Positions 36,451 to 49,032 of a DNA stretch of 64,000 nt are shown here, piece after piece (the first letter of the stretch is position 1; each line of letters opens with the position of its first letter). The notes beneath the pieces are model-generated. The model did not search any database. It was not told the origin of the DNA and saw nothing but the letters and a program-made list of their open reading frames with translations. Both the position numbers and the translations under genes were made by a program. Where the stretch lies: positions 12,958,001-13,022,000 of the forward strand of contig NC_043007.1 in the NCBI RefSeq assembly GCF_006345805.1. The letters are read 5' to 3'. The stretch comes from Octopus sinensis (taxonomy: Eukaryota).

Positions 36451-36523
36451 ACATACGGGAGAGAATTGAACCCACACCTCTAATATTAGCAATAAGTGTG
36501 CTAGCCGATTGCACTATCATACT
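36451..36523 (-). pseudogene. tRNA-like cloverleaf (pseudogene or SINE head); anticodon CTA or AAT depending on register
   Basis: A-box tagtgcaatcgg, D-stem gtgc/gcac, B-box ggttcaatt, T5 run 12 nt downstream; mismatches in acceptor, anticodon and T stems. Confidence 0.5.
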
Positions 36524-36764
36524 ATATGCATGAGAATACATACATAAAACATACAAATCTATACATACATATATGCATACATACATACAAACAAAAATAC
36601 CCTGTTGTTGATATTGAAATTCCAGTGATAGATCACTGGATATAGGTTAGAAACCGGTTCTTTTTCTGTTGGCAAGAAATCTTGAAATAAACTGAATAAT
36701 GATATACACACACATACATATATACACACACATACATGCTGACTCTGAATTCTCTTTTGTACTT

Positions 36765-36935
36765 ATCATAATAGGTGCATTAGGGAGGGATGTACCAATA
36801 AACTTGCACAAAACCTAGAAACACTTGGTTACAGGAAGAAAGAGCAAAAGAAACTGATGCGGATTTGCTTCCAAATTCAATCTATTTGTAGCACAGTGAA
36901 GATGTGTAAGACATTGTGAAAATTCTGCATTTGAG
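36765..36935 (+). pseudogene. Third, more diverged RLE-LINE C-terminal relic
   Basis: IIIGALG then (frameshift) TNKLAQNLETLGYRKKEQKKLMR...VKMCKTL parallels the end of 36007-36324. Confidence 0.6.
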
Positions 36936-37640
36936 ATTCTTATGTGAATAGACACACACACTTGGGTTGCATGCATGCACGTACATAAAAACACACACAT
37001 AGAAATACACAAACTCATACACACACACACACACACACACACAACACACACACACACACACAAACACACAAACACACACACACACAAATCAAATTTTGAT
37101 TTAGAAGCAGTTCTAATTCTGTAAACATTATTGACACCACTTAATGTATGTGTTCTGTTTAAATGCTTACTGACTGTGGAGTTTCCTCCAGGGAAAGCTC
37201 CTTTAAGATGTCAAAGTGTTAAACAAAAAGACAATACTTTAAAAGCAGGTGAAACGAATTGCCCTGCAGGTGAATGAGAAAGGTGGATAGTGATATTTTG
37301 CTGTTAGCATTATTTTACTTATGTGGTGTTGTTGAACATGAGAAAATAGATTTTATGCTATTTGCATATATATATACCTCAGACCACTAATTAATATTTG
37401 TTTTGAGAGTGACTCAATTATATGGTGCTGACAGGCTGAGATGATGATGTGAATTATCGGCATTAATTATATTTGTGTACACACACACACACAATGTGTT
37501 GATGGAGTGTTTGAGAGTACTGTCAAGATATACAACACTGCCTTGGGCATTTTTTAGACCTGGCAGAGTCTATCACTCTCCCGGCCTGACCACAGCCTAA
37601 TATGTTCTAAAATATGAGACAGATAGACAGACAATAAGAG

Positions 37641-37681
<41 letters not shown>

Positions 37682-37787
37682 GGAGAGAGAGAGAGAGCGA
37701 GCGAAAAGAGATAGATAGACAGTGAGAGAGGGAGAGAGAGAGAGCACACACACCACAGCAGGACTAGGTCTCCTCTCCTTTCTATAA

Positions 37788-37829
<42 letters not shown>

Positions 37830-37838
<9 letters not shown>

Positions 37839-38030
37839 AAATGGAACAAAAACGCAATAGAGGACAATAAAACATCTGGACAGATAAACAATATAAAGGC
37901 AGACAGAAAAAATAACAAATAGAGGGACAGGAAAAAACAAGGATGGGTCATTAGTGGCCTTCTCTCCTCAGTCAAGTTTCCAGATTGTCCTTACAGTTTC
38001 GGACAGTTACACTTGAGACTGTTCAAATCT
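37830..38030 (-). mobile_element. TA-adjacent Penelope-like terminal fragment, decayed
   Basis: Reverse complement ccagatttgaacagtctcaagtgtaactgtccgaaactgtaaggacaatctggaaacttgactgagga aligns with 62030-62115. Confidence 0.45.
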
Positions 38031-38289
38031 GGTTATCCCCAAAAGTCTAAGCTAAGAGCATTAGATTTTTTGAGAGAAAGCAAGTGAATGTGTACGACAA
38101 CAAAGACAAAAAACTGAGTACTCTACAGATTTTCAAGCCAGCACTAAAAGTTACATGTCATGTACGAATACATCAAGGTAAACAATGCAACACCCATTAC
38201 CTATTTTTCTATTTTTGATCACATTGTTCACAATGAAGTACTTGTATATGAAATATTAAAACTTTTAGTGCTAGCTCTAAATTCCATTG

Positions 38290-39250
38290 GTGTAGGAGTG
38301 GTTGTGTGGTAAGTAGCCTGCTTACCAACCACATGGTTCTAGGTTCAGTCCCACTGTGTGGCACCTTGGGCATGTGTCTTCTACTATAGCCTCGGGCTGA
38401 CCAAAGCCTTGTGAGTGGATTTGGTAGACGGAAACTGAAAGAAGCCCATCGTATATATGTATATATATATATGTATGTGTGTGTATATGTTTGTGTGTCT
38501 GTGTTTGTTCCCCCAACATCGCTTGACAACCGATACTGGTGTGTTTACAACCCCGTAACTTAGCGGTTCGGCAAAAGAGACCAATAGAATAAGTATACTA
38601 GGCTTACAAAGAATAAGTCCAGGGGTCGATCATTTGGTTGCTATTTCTAACACGTTAAACAACCAAACAGACACTCTTACATTGGCTTGTGTACACATAC
38701 ACATATGTGAATGCGTGTATACATTCAGGTGCACATGTACATGCAAATGTGTGTATGGTTAAGTCTGTGTGTGTCAGTTAAGAACGTGGTGAAGAGTGGG
38801 GGGGGGTGTATTCAAGCCTCTACTCTTTTTACTCTTTACTCTTTTACTTGTTTCAGTCATTTGACTGTAGCCATGCTGGTGCACCGCCTTTAGTCAAGCA
38901 AATCGACCCCAGGACTTATTCTTTGTAAGCCTAGTACTTATTCTGTTGGTCTCTTTTGCCGAACTGCGAATTTACGGGGACGTAAACACACCAGCATCGG
39001 TTGTCAAGCAATGTAGGAGGGGACAAACACAGACACACAAACTTATACACACACATATATACATACATACATATATATACATATATATACAACGGGCTTC
39101 TTTCAGTTTCCGTCTACCAAATGCACTCACAAGGCTTTGGTCGGCCCGAGGCTATAGTAGAAGACACTTGCCCGAGGTGCCACACAGTGGGACTGAACCC
39201 AGAACCATGTGGTTCGTAAGTAAGCTACTTACCACACAGCCACTCCTACA
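38290..39250. mobile_element. Tail-to-tail family A pair (+ 38290-38630; - 38815-39250)
   Basis: Two near-full copies in opposite orientation. Confidence 0.85.
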
Positions 39251-39863
39251 CCTACACACAAGGCCAGAAATTTAGAGAAGCTGGGTGCAAGTTGGATTAA
39301 ATGCAACTTCACCATTTGACTGGAGTTTCATTTTATCAACACCTTTAGGAGAAAAGGCAAATCCCAATCAGATTTGAACTCAGAACATGGTGAACTGGAA
39401 CAAAAACGGCAAGGCATTTTTGTCCAATAATTTAACGATTCTACCAATCCACTGCCTTGTGCCAATCCATCGTTGTGTAGCCAATATGCTATCATAAATA
39501 ATAACATTGACAGATTGCAAAAATGGCTATAGCGTCACCATGACATCTGACAGTCATATAAGATTCCTCCATCACAAAGGATTCCTTCATCCTCCGTTTT
39601 CCTTTCTATGTCTTCAGCTTAAAGAACTCGATGAAATTTCAAGTGATCTTCCTTTATGACTCAACTGGCATCTTCTTCCCGTTCTTCCAGCCCTACCATT
39701 CCCTCGCACCCTCATTTCCTCTTTGAATATGCAAGCTTTATCTCTCAGATAAAAGTGAAAACGGTAAATGTTTACTTTATTCATAAGTTTGTTTTCATAG
39801 AAAATCTATTGGCGATATAGGTATTATTTATATAAGACTTTCTTTATATGTTTTCTAGCTTTT

Positions 39864-39894
<31 letters not shown>

Positions 39895-40032
39895 CACATA
39901 TATATATGTATACATACATACATATAAATATATATATATATATATATACACATATATATATATATGCTTATGAATACATAGATATACATTATTTTGTGCC
40001 TCTACTAGAAAGGAATATTATCATTATTATCA

Positions 40033-40063
<31 letters not shown>

Positions 40064-40694
40064 TATTATTATTATATTATTATTATTATTATTATTATCA
40101 TTATCATCATTATTATTATTATTATCATTATGATTATGTGAGATTTCTCTAAAATGTTAGATAATCCATAAAATTTCCTTCCTTCTAATTGTTCCGAAAT
40201 AGGTGTCTACACTTTTTCTCTTTGCTTGCAGCATGTAGTGGGGAGGGGCATATAATTTACTCAGTGTGTGTGTGTGCATGTATGTATGTTTTTCATCATG
40301 ATATCGTCATCATACCAACACCACCACCACCACCGCCGCCGCCGCCAACCCCACTACCACCACCACCTTCTACTTCAGAATAGCAGAGTAGACTGCAGGG
40401 TGGAGGATAAATGTTAGAAAAGTCTCCCCAAGAGTGTTTTGTGTTCAGAGTTCAAAACTAGGTGAAGCCGTCTTTGACTTTCATTTTTCTGAGGGTCAAC
40501 AAAATACATACCAGTCATATAATAGGGTTGTATCAACTGCCTATAGAAGTACCTCCCAACAAACTTGCTACTTTGTGCCAATGAGTAGGTGAAAACGAAA
40601 AAAAAACATTGCCACCATCACTGGGCCATCAGTCAGATGAATTTGTAGAATATCCGACAAAATACCTCCTCACAATTAACATTTAGTTATATAT

Positions 40695-41040
40695 AGGTGC
40701 AGGAGTGGCTGTGTGGTAAGTAGTTTGCTTACCAACCACATGGTTCCAGGTTCAATCCCACTGTGTGGAACCTTTGGCAAGTGCCTTCAGCTATAATTTT
40801 GGGCTGACCAAAGCCTTGTGAGTGGATTTGGTAGACGGAAACTGAAAGAAGCCCATCATGTATGTATGTATATGTATATGCTTGTGTGTCTGTATTTGTC
40901 CCCCCATCATTGCTTCACAACAGATGTTGGTGTTTTTATGTCCCTGTAACTTAGCGGTTCGGCAAGAGACCAATAGAATAAGTACTAGGCTTACAAAGAA
41001 TAAGTCCTGGGGTCAATTTGCTTGACTAAATGTGGTGCTC
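40695..41040 (+). mobile_element. Family A SINE
   Basis: Near-full copy. Confidence 0.85.
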
Positions 41041-41637
41041 CAGACAGAAAGAGAGAGGTAGAGAGACTGAAGAGACAGAAGAGAGGGTGAAAGTGTGAAT
41101 GGAGAAAAAAAAAAGAGAGGGTAAATGAAGAGTGACTGAAAGAGCAAATGACAAACAAATAAAAGAAAACAAAAAGAACCTTTAGGTTGCAAGTTCAAAT
41201 CCTGCAGCGTCCAATTTTACCTTTCTGTCGTGTAATAAAAAAAAAATAATAAAAATAAAGCATATATCTGTTATTTCCAAAAAAACGTGAAAAAACAGGA
41301 TGATAATCCAACAGAGGATTGATGATTTGACCTAACTTGGGTGGTCTTCGCACTTATTAAGCAGCTTTAAAATAAGTACCGGGTTTGGTTTGATTGCTTA
41401 AACACTTCAAGATGGTAGCCCAGCATGGTTACAGTTCAATGACTAAAACAAGAATAAAAGAATAACCAACGAACTGTTATTGATGTCAATCATCACCGGT
41501 TTCCTTAGATTCCCAAGTTGCCATTGAAGAGAAAAACTAATGTTTTAATAAAACAAAGATAATTGGATTTTCTTTTCAGATTAATTATTTTACCTCACCT
41601 TTCACAACACAGTCATATCCAAGACAGAGAAGCTTAA

Positions 41638-41855
41638 CCCCTTTGATACCAACCTGCCTGAAACCGCCTCCGGGCTCTGTAGTACAGATGTGTTGTTTTC
41701 ATAAGTTTTGAATTAACATCTTCCACCGAACCTTAGTCACAATGTTCCTAACACTAGCTGAATGATAACTAAGTTATTTTACTAAATTCTTTGTTATATT
41801 TAAAGTAATTGAAAGAAACACAGAGCATCTCAACAGAAATATGGTAACAAAAGGG
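41638..41855. mobile_element. piggyBac-type MITE
   Basis: TTAA|CCC...GGG|TTAA ends. Confidence 0.8.
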
Positions 41856-42006
41856 TTAAGAAGAAAAATAATCAGCAGAAGACATAAGAGAAGGAAACCT
41901 CAGTGTGGTCATTCTATATGCTAGAAATAACAGCCTAAATTTCCTTCAATCCTCACTCTTCCAACTGCTTCTAATGTGCATCTGCCCTAATGTAGAGATG
42001 TGTTAA

Positions 42007-42310
42007 ACCTTTTGACACCAACCTAGCTGAAGTCGCCTCTTGCTCTGTAGTACAAATGTCTAGTTTTCATAAGTTTTGAATAAAAATCTTCCCCCAAACC
42101 GTAGTCACAATTTATTTACCTAACACTAGCTTAATGATAAGTAAGTTATTTTACTAAACTCTTTGTTATATCTAAAATTAATTGAAAGGAACACAGAGCA
42201 TCTCAACAGAAATATGGTAACAAAAGGGTTAAAATATATAACAAAGAAACAATTCTTAACCCTTTTGATACCAACCCAGCTGAAATCGTTTCTGGCTCTG
42301 TAGTTCAAAC
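42007..42310. mobile_element. Second (42007-42228) and partial third (from 42260) copies of the same piggyBac-type MITE
   Basis: Internal sequence homologous to 41638-41855; TTAA flanks. Confidence 0.75.
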
Positions 42311-42538
42311 TTTAAAACAAACACATATTTCTTATGTTTCTTAAACATTCTCTAGAAAAACACTATGTACAAAACCAAATATATGGCACCCTAGGCATAA
42401 CACCAACATGAACTTCTAACTTGTCTCTTGAGGTCTCTGGGTGAGACTTGGAGCCAACTTGTACAAATGCAAAGCAAAAGTCAGACATAAAATAATAATA
42501 ATAATAATAATATAATAATAATGATGATAATAATAATG

Positions 42539-42589
<51 letters not shown>

Positions 42590-42856
42590 TAATTTCATTT
42601 CTCTGCAATTGTACATTACTGTGCTAACGACTTAATCAACAAGTACAAAAAAAAATAAAAGATGGTTGTTGATTGAAATTTTCATTCCATCATATATATA
42701 AAGAAAACAAACCATAAAACCATAATCAAAATTCTCCATAAAGATATATAAATAATGATGACAAGAAAAAGATGAGGAGAGAGATTTGATATTTATGGAC
42801 AGGTTTGGCAAGAAAAACAGAAAAGTTGGTGTTGATGGAATTAATATAGTGAGCTT

Positions 42857-43450
42857 GCTTTGGCCCAATGGTAAAAGACGCTTGTGTCATTTCCAGAAGA
42901 TGTGAGTTCAAGTCCCATGGGTAACCTTTGACATTTTCCATCCAAAGGGGTCTTTTAATCCCATATTTACATGCTTATTATTTGTAGCTTTGTGGAGGTG
43001 CGTGGCTTAGTGGTTAGGGTGTCAGCATCATGATCGTAAGATTGTGGTTTCAATTCCTGGACCAGGCGACACATTGCGTTCTTGAGCAAAACACTTCATT
43101 TCACATTGTGCAAAAATGAGTAACGCTGCGATGGACTGGTGTCCCGTCCAGCTGGGGAACACATACGCCATAGAAACCGGGAAACTGGGCCCATAAGCCT
43201 GGCTAGACTTTAAAAGGCCACATTTAAAAAAATTTTATTATTTGTAGCTTTACATGCTTCAAGATCCATTATTCCAAGGAAAAATTTCATGTTCTCTCAA
43301 AGTTTCTAAATTCTTATGATGTCAACAACATACAATTCTCAAAAATTCAAGATTGCTTTAATCCAATGGTAGAATGTCTATCATATTTACTGAAGATATG
43401 GTTTCAAATTCCATGGATAGCCTCCAACTCCTTCTATCCAAAGGGGATTT
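42857..43450 (+). mobile_element. Two decayed tRNA-like repeats (42857-42960; 43355-43450) flanking a family D-like SINE (42990-43220)
   Basis: gctttggcccaatggta...gagttcaagtcccatggg versus gctttaatccaatggta...ggtttcaaattccatgga; central copy like those at 1255-1685. Confidence 0.55.
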
Positions 43451-43624
43451 TAGCACAATAGTTACATGCTATTATTTATAGCCTTATCTGCTTTGAGTTT
43501 CATTGTTCCAAAATATAATAAACAGGGTCAATTCCACTTTCTAAATAACAAATGCATTTGCTCAACATCACTGGAGGCAAACCAAGTTGTGGGTCTTACA
43601 TTTGTGTTTTCCTTCTCCTAGAGA

Positions 43625-44350
43625 GATAAGTGAGTTGTGTTTGGCGCCTTTTTTACTAATAACAAACACACACGTGTTTGTATGTAGTTGTTTGAAACGT
43701 TTGTGTTTGTCACTGTCATATATGTATGTGTATGTGTGTGTGTGAGGAATGACACACACACACTCACGCACGCACACATGTACATCAATGCTTTCGGAAT
43801 GAAATGTTAAAATATTGAGTTTTCTCAAATTTTGTCTTAATTGGGGGTAAAATTGAAAGAAATTTTGTATGGCATGACCCAATGGAAGTACTTTGAAAAA
43901 TCATGGGTAAACTCTAATTGAAGAAATTGTGTGAGGAAATCGTTATGTATTTATTTGTTTCTGTTTGCTGTGTTTTTTTTTTAGTAGTGGTTTAAGGTAC
44001 ACTTCTCTCGTTTTATAGAAATAGTTTCACTTTAATCGTTGCAAACTTGCAAAGAGAAAGTCGTAGAAATTAGAGTGATAGCGTGAGTAAATCAGATCGC
44101 TCCCTTTTTGCGTGTGTGTGTGTGCGTGTGCTATAGCCCACACTAAGAAAAGCACTTGACTTACACACCACAATGTGAGTTTTCTCTAAATTTTGCTTAA
44201 TTGGGGTTGAAATTTTAAAAACTGGACCTGGCACGACCCGATGCATTCTACTCTTAAAAATGCTAGGTAAATTGTAATTGAAGAAATCCTATATTGTAGA
44301 TTTCTATAAGAGACAAAGGAGGCAGATAACATCTGCCTTTTATAATAAGA
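43625..44350 (-). mobile_element. Helitron-like element B, copy 1
   Basis: 5' TCTTATTATAAAAGGCAGAT...ATCTGCCT; homologous over about 700 bp to 45205-45874; 3' end not resolved. Confidence 0.55.
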
Positions 44351-44728
44351 CTAGCGTATCGCCCGGCGTTGCTCGGGTTGTGGGAAATAACTATATAAGC
44401 ATTTTTAGAGAGTTATAGCCAAAAAATGCATTAAAAATTGAAAAAAAATTAGGTAAATATTTTTTAAATCGTTGACACATCGTAGATATTTTTAGAGAGT
44501 TACTTCCCTTATATAAAAGCGAAAAAAATGCATTAAATGGAAAAATATGATGGTAAATTTTTTTTAAATCGTAGACTCATCGTAGACGCACGCTAATACC
44601 CAGAAGAGCTCGATATGAATCACGACTATAAGATACCCGCTTTTGGTTAAACTGCACCACAAAATGTGGGAGTAGTTAGGAATCTAAATCGTAGGAGACA
44701 GACACACAACTTCACTCTTATATAAAGA
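44351..44728 (-). mobile_element. Non-autonomous Helitron A
   Basis: A|TC start, 3' hairpin cccgagcaacgccggg then CTAG|T. Confidence 0.85.
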
Positions 44729-45204
44729 TGCTTTTTTTTTTTCAGTCATAGAGTTAGATTTATGAAGGTCTTCAGTAGAAAATCCTTCGAATTCTGACTC
44801 GCTGCTTGATATAATGAAATTCGTATCCATTTTTTGTCAGAATTAAAAATTTTGAAAACACAATAGGAACAAATTTCGGAAAAAAATCTCCCATAATTCA
44901 CGGAATTAAAATTACACTTCGATTTTTGTACAAACTGTAGTTGAAGTGTTTACGAAGTATAATACGTGTTTTCACGAATGTACTAAAGAGATTTGCTCTG
45001 ATATTCTCATTTAAATATGAATAGGTAAATTCGGGCGGCTTGGTAACTATAATAAGTGTCGTCTGTTTATACATAAACACTGTTTCATACTGCAATTATA
45101 TATACATATCTATATATAATATTATATAATAAAATATATACAGAGTAAAATAAAAACCAATTTACCTTTTCTATCCTCCGTGTGTCTTTGCAAATGTGTT
45201 GGAA

Positions 45205-45874
45205 TGATAGTGAGTTGTGTTTTTGCGCCTTTTTTACTAATAACAACACACACGTGTTTGTATGTAGTTGTATGTAGTTGTATATGTATGTGTATGCGTG
45301 TGTGTGAGGAATGACACACACACACTCACGCAGCACACATGTACATCAATGCTTTCGGAGTGATATGTTAAAATATTGTTTTCTCGAATTTTGTCTTATT
45401 GGGGGTGAAATTGAAAGAAATATATTATGGCATGAGCGAATGGAGTACTTTGAAAAATCTTAGGTAAATTCTAATTGAAGAAGTTGTGTGAGGATTAAAT
45501 GGTTATGTATTTATTTGTTTCTGTTTGCTGTGTTTTTTTATTTTTTGAGTAGTGGTTTAAACACTTTCAGTTTAGTCTTCCTCAAATCAATCACTCTGTC
45601 GCTATTTACTTTCATTTTATTCGTTGCCCACTGTGTGTGTGCGTTTGCGTGTGGTGTAAACCAGACTAAGAAAAGCATTTGACACACACACCAGAATGTG
45701 AGTTTTCTGTAAATTTTGCTTAATTGGAGTTTAAATTTTAAAAACTGGACCTGGCTGACGCGATGCATTGTCTCTTAAAAATGCTAGGTAAATTGTAATT
45801 GAAGAAATCCTAATATTGTAGATTGTATAACTCCCAAAGGGAGGCAGATAAAATCTGCCTTTTATAATAAGAGA
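45205..45874 (-). mobile_element. Helitron-like element B, copy 2
   Basis: A|TCTCTTATTATAAAAGGCAGAT start; homologous to copy 1. Confidence 0.55.
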
Positions 45875-46599
45875 TATATATATATATATGTGTGTGTGTG
45901 TGGTGTGTGTGTGTGTGTGTGTGTGTGTTGTGTGTGTATATGTTTGTGTGTCTGTGTTTGTCCCCCCCAACATCGCTTGACAACCGATGGTGGTGTGTTT
46001 ACGTCCCCGTAACTTAGTGGTTCGGCAAAAGAGGCCGATAGAATAAGTACTAGGCTTACAAAGAATAAGTCCTGAGGTCAATTTGCTCGACTAAAGGTGG
46101 CGCTCCAGCATAGCCACTGTCAAATGACTGAAACTAGTAAAAGAGTAATCAGAGACATTTAAATTTATAGGATGGAGATAAATTTAAGCTAAGTGTAACA
46201 CCATTAAAAAGTTACCACTCAAGAATCTAGTTTAATGCAGCTGACCCCTAAACAAATAAAATGGTTATTTACATAACTAATATCTTTAGTGACAAGTTTC
46301 AAAAGTCTTATCTGTCTGCTTGCAGTGTTTCCAAACATGACTATTACCACATATATCTGCTACTTATGTAGGCTGTTCTCCAAATTAATCTGAAGAACAC
46401 AGCTTATTGCAGTAATTCAAGACATGAGCCATGAATGATGACAAGTTTAGTTAAAGATTGGTGTAAGATGGAATTCTGGAGAGAAAATAAGAGAGACAGA
46501 AAGAGAGAGGTTAGAGAGAGTGAAGAGAGAAAAGAGAGGGTGAAAGTGTGAATGGAGAAAAAGTTAGAGGTAGAAAGAGTGAAAAGAGAAAAATAAAGA

Positions 46600-46787
46600 G
46601 ATTGTGAATGAAGAGTGGCTGAAAGGAAGAAAGAAGGAAAGAAAGAAGGAAAGAAAAAAGAAAGAAAGAAAGAAGGAAAGAAAGAATGAAAAAAAGAAGG
46701 AAAGAAAGAAACAAAGTAAGAAAGAAGGAAAGAAAGAAAGAAGGAAAGAAAGAAAGAAGGAAAGAAAGAAAAAAGAAAGAAAGAAAA

Positions 46788-46827
<40 letters not shown>

Positions 46828-46830
46828 GAA
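46600..46830. repeat. (GAAA/GAAG)n, (GATA)n and (GA)n purine tract
   Basis: Read directly from the sequence. Confidence 0.9.
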
Positions 46831-47490
46831 GGTAGAAGGGAGAAGGAGAATGAACAGATAAAATGAATGTGAGAATTTTCAGGAATGAAAAAAGAGGGAA
46901 GATGAGAGATAGTGAAGTGTAGATAGACACCAATCTAATCAGGAAGAAACCAACGTTTGAATTGAAAAGAAAACAAATTTTGACTAAATTTTCAAAATGG
47001 AAGCAAAGTTTAAAAGTTTGTTATTTTTCTTTCTCCATATTTTTTTTGAAAAACTTCTTATCTTAATGTGCTAAGTTTTTAGAGATAAAATAGCAAAGAT
47101 TTCTTTAAATAACTTATTTTATCAAGAATTTGGTGTATATCAACATGTGATGCATTAAGAATTATGGAAGAGTTCATTATTACCTGATTGCAGAGAATCG
47201 CTAAAAAAAGAACAACTTTGGATTTTTCAGTTGTTAGAATCAGACAAAGAATTTCATTTGACTTATTCAATTTTGATATTGTTGTTTGAGGCCCAAGGTC
47301 CAGTCTTGTATAAGCAAACCTTGTATATATTTTGATCATACATTATCATCATGTCTTCACAATCATTAGCACAATCACCAGCAGAAGCTTTGCCATCAAC
47401 ACCATCATCATCATCATTGCTATCACCATCATCATCACTGTCTCATCAACATCTTCACCACCACCACCACCACCACTACCACCACCACGT

Positions 47491-48284
47491 ATATCTTTAC
47501 TACCCAAAAGGGGCTAAACACTGAGGGACAAACAAGGACAGACAAACGGACTAAGTCGATTACATCGACAACCAGTGCGTAACTGGTACTTATTTAATCG
47601 ACCCCGAAAGGATGAAAGGCAAAGTCAACCTCGGCGGAATTTGAACTCAGAACGTAGCAGCAGACGAAATACCTATTTCTTTACTACCCACAAGGGGCTA
47701 AACACAGAGGGGACAAACAAGGACAGACAAACGGACTAAGTCGATTACATCGACAACCAGTGCGTAACTGGTACTTATTTAATCGACCCCGAAAGGATGA
47801 AAGGCAAAGTCAACCTCGGCGGAATTTGAACTCAGAACGTAGCAGCAGACGAAATACCTATTTCTTTACTACCCACAAGGGGCTAAACACAGAGGGGACA
47901 AACAAGGACAGACAAACGGACTAAGTCGATTACATCGATCCCCAGTGCGTAACTGGTACTTATTTAATCGACCCCGAAAGGATGAAAGGCAAAGTCAACC
48001 TCGGCGGAATTTGAACTCAGAACGTAGCAGCAGACGAATACCTATTTCTTTACTACCCACAAGGGGCTAAACACAGAGGGGACAAACAAGGACAGACAAA
48101 CGGACTAAGTCGATTACATCGACCCCCAGTGCGTAACTGGTACTTATTTAATCGACCCTGAAAGGATGAAAGGCAAAGTCAACCTCGGCGGAATTTGAAC
48201 TCGGAACGTAACGGCAGATGAAATACTGCTACGCATTTTGCCCAGCATGCTAACGTTTCTGCCAGCTCGCTGCCTTTCATTAGC
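47491..48284 (-). mobile_element. Family B SINE tetramer (one head plus four ~184-185-bp units)
   Basis: gggctaaacac at 47511, 47695, 47880, 48064; single tRNA head at about 48200-48284. Confidence 0.95.
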
Positions 48285-48799
48285 ATAATTACCATTAGAA
48301 GTCTCACCATCAGCACCATCATTGCTATCACCATCATCATCATCACTGTCTCATCAACATCTTCACCACCACCACCACCACATATAGGTTGTGTGTGCAT
48401 ATGTGTGGGCGTGCATGCATGTGTGAATGCGTGTGCATGTGTTCGACATTAGTCAGCCTTACTCATTAGTGAGTCTGAGATTATTTTGGACATACCAGTG
48501 AGTATTGTTGACTGGCGTCAGATGCACAAAACCTTAAGGCATAAGGAAATAATTTAGTTCACATACACACGTGTGCACACACGCGCACACTCATGCATGC
48601 ACACACACACAAATCCTACACCTTTGTGTCATTGCATGAAGTCAAAAGCATGTATAGGTTATGTGTGCATGCATTTCTTTGAGGTTGGTTTTGGTACCAA
48701 AATGGTGATGCAAATTTTGTTGCATGTTTTAAAAGTAAAAAGCATAGCATGTTAGAAATTTTTTATTTAATAAATTAACTAACTAATAAATTAACTAAG

Positions 48800-48988
48800 G
48801 CGTAGGAGTGGCTGTGTGGAAGTGTAGGAGTAGCCGTGTGGTAAGTAGCTTGCTTACGAACCACATGATTCCGGATTCAGTCCCACTGTGTGGCACCTTG
48901 GGCAAACGTTTTCTACTATAGCCTTGGGCCGACCAAAGCCTTGTGAATGGATTTGGTAGACGGAAACTGAAAGAAGTCCATCGCGCGC

Positions 48989-49032
<44 letters not shown>

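Noticed and set aside
12530-39764. A plus-strand gene from strong-looking splice pairs (near 12530, 19221-19353, 33571-33711, 39619-39764)
   Set aside because: Paired sites enclose stops in all three frames or give no coherent phases; such motifs are expected by chance in AT-rich DNA. Not excluded, only unsupported
43355-43450. Apparent exon EGVGGYPWNLKPYL
   Set aside because: Antisense of a decayed tRNA-like repeat with a paralogue at 42857-42960
47491-48284. Retrozyme (hammerhead-containing tandem repeat)
   Set aside because: Unit size fits, but I found no CUGANGA/GAAA core on either strand; units are SINE body plus tail
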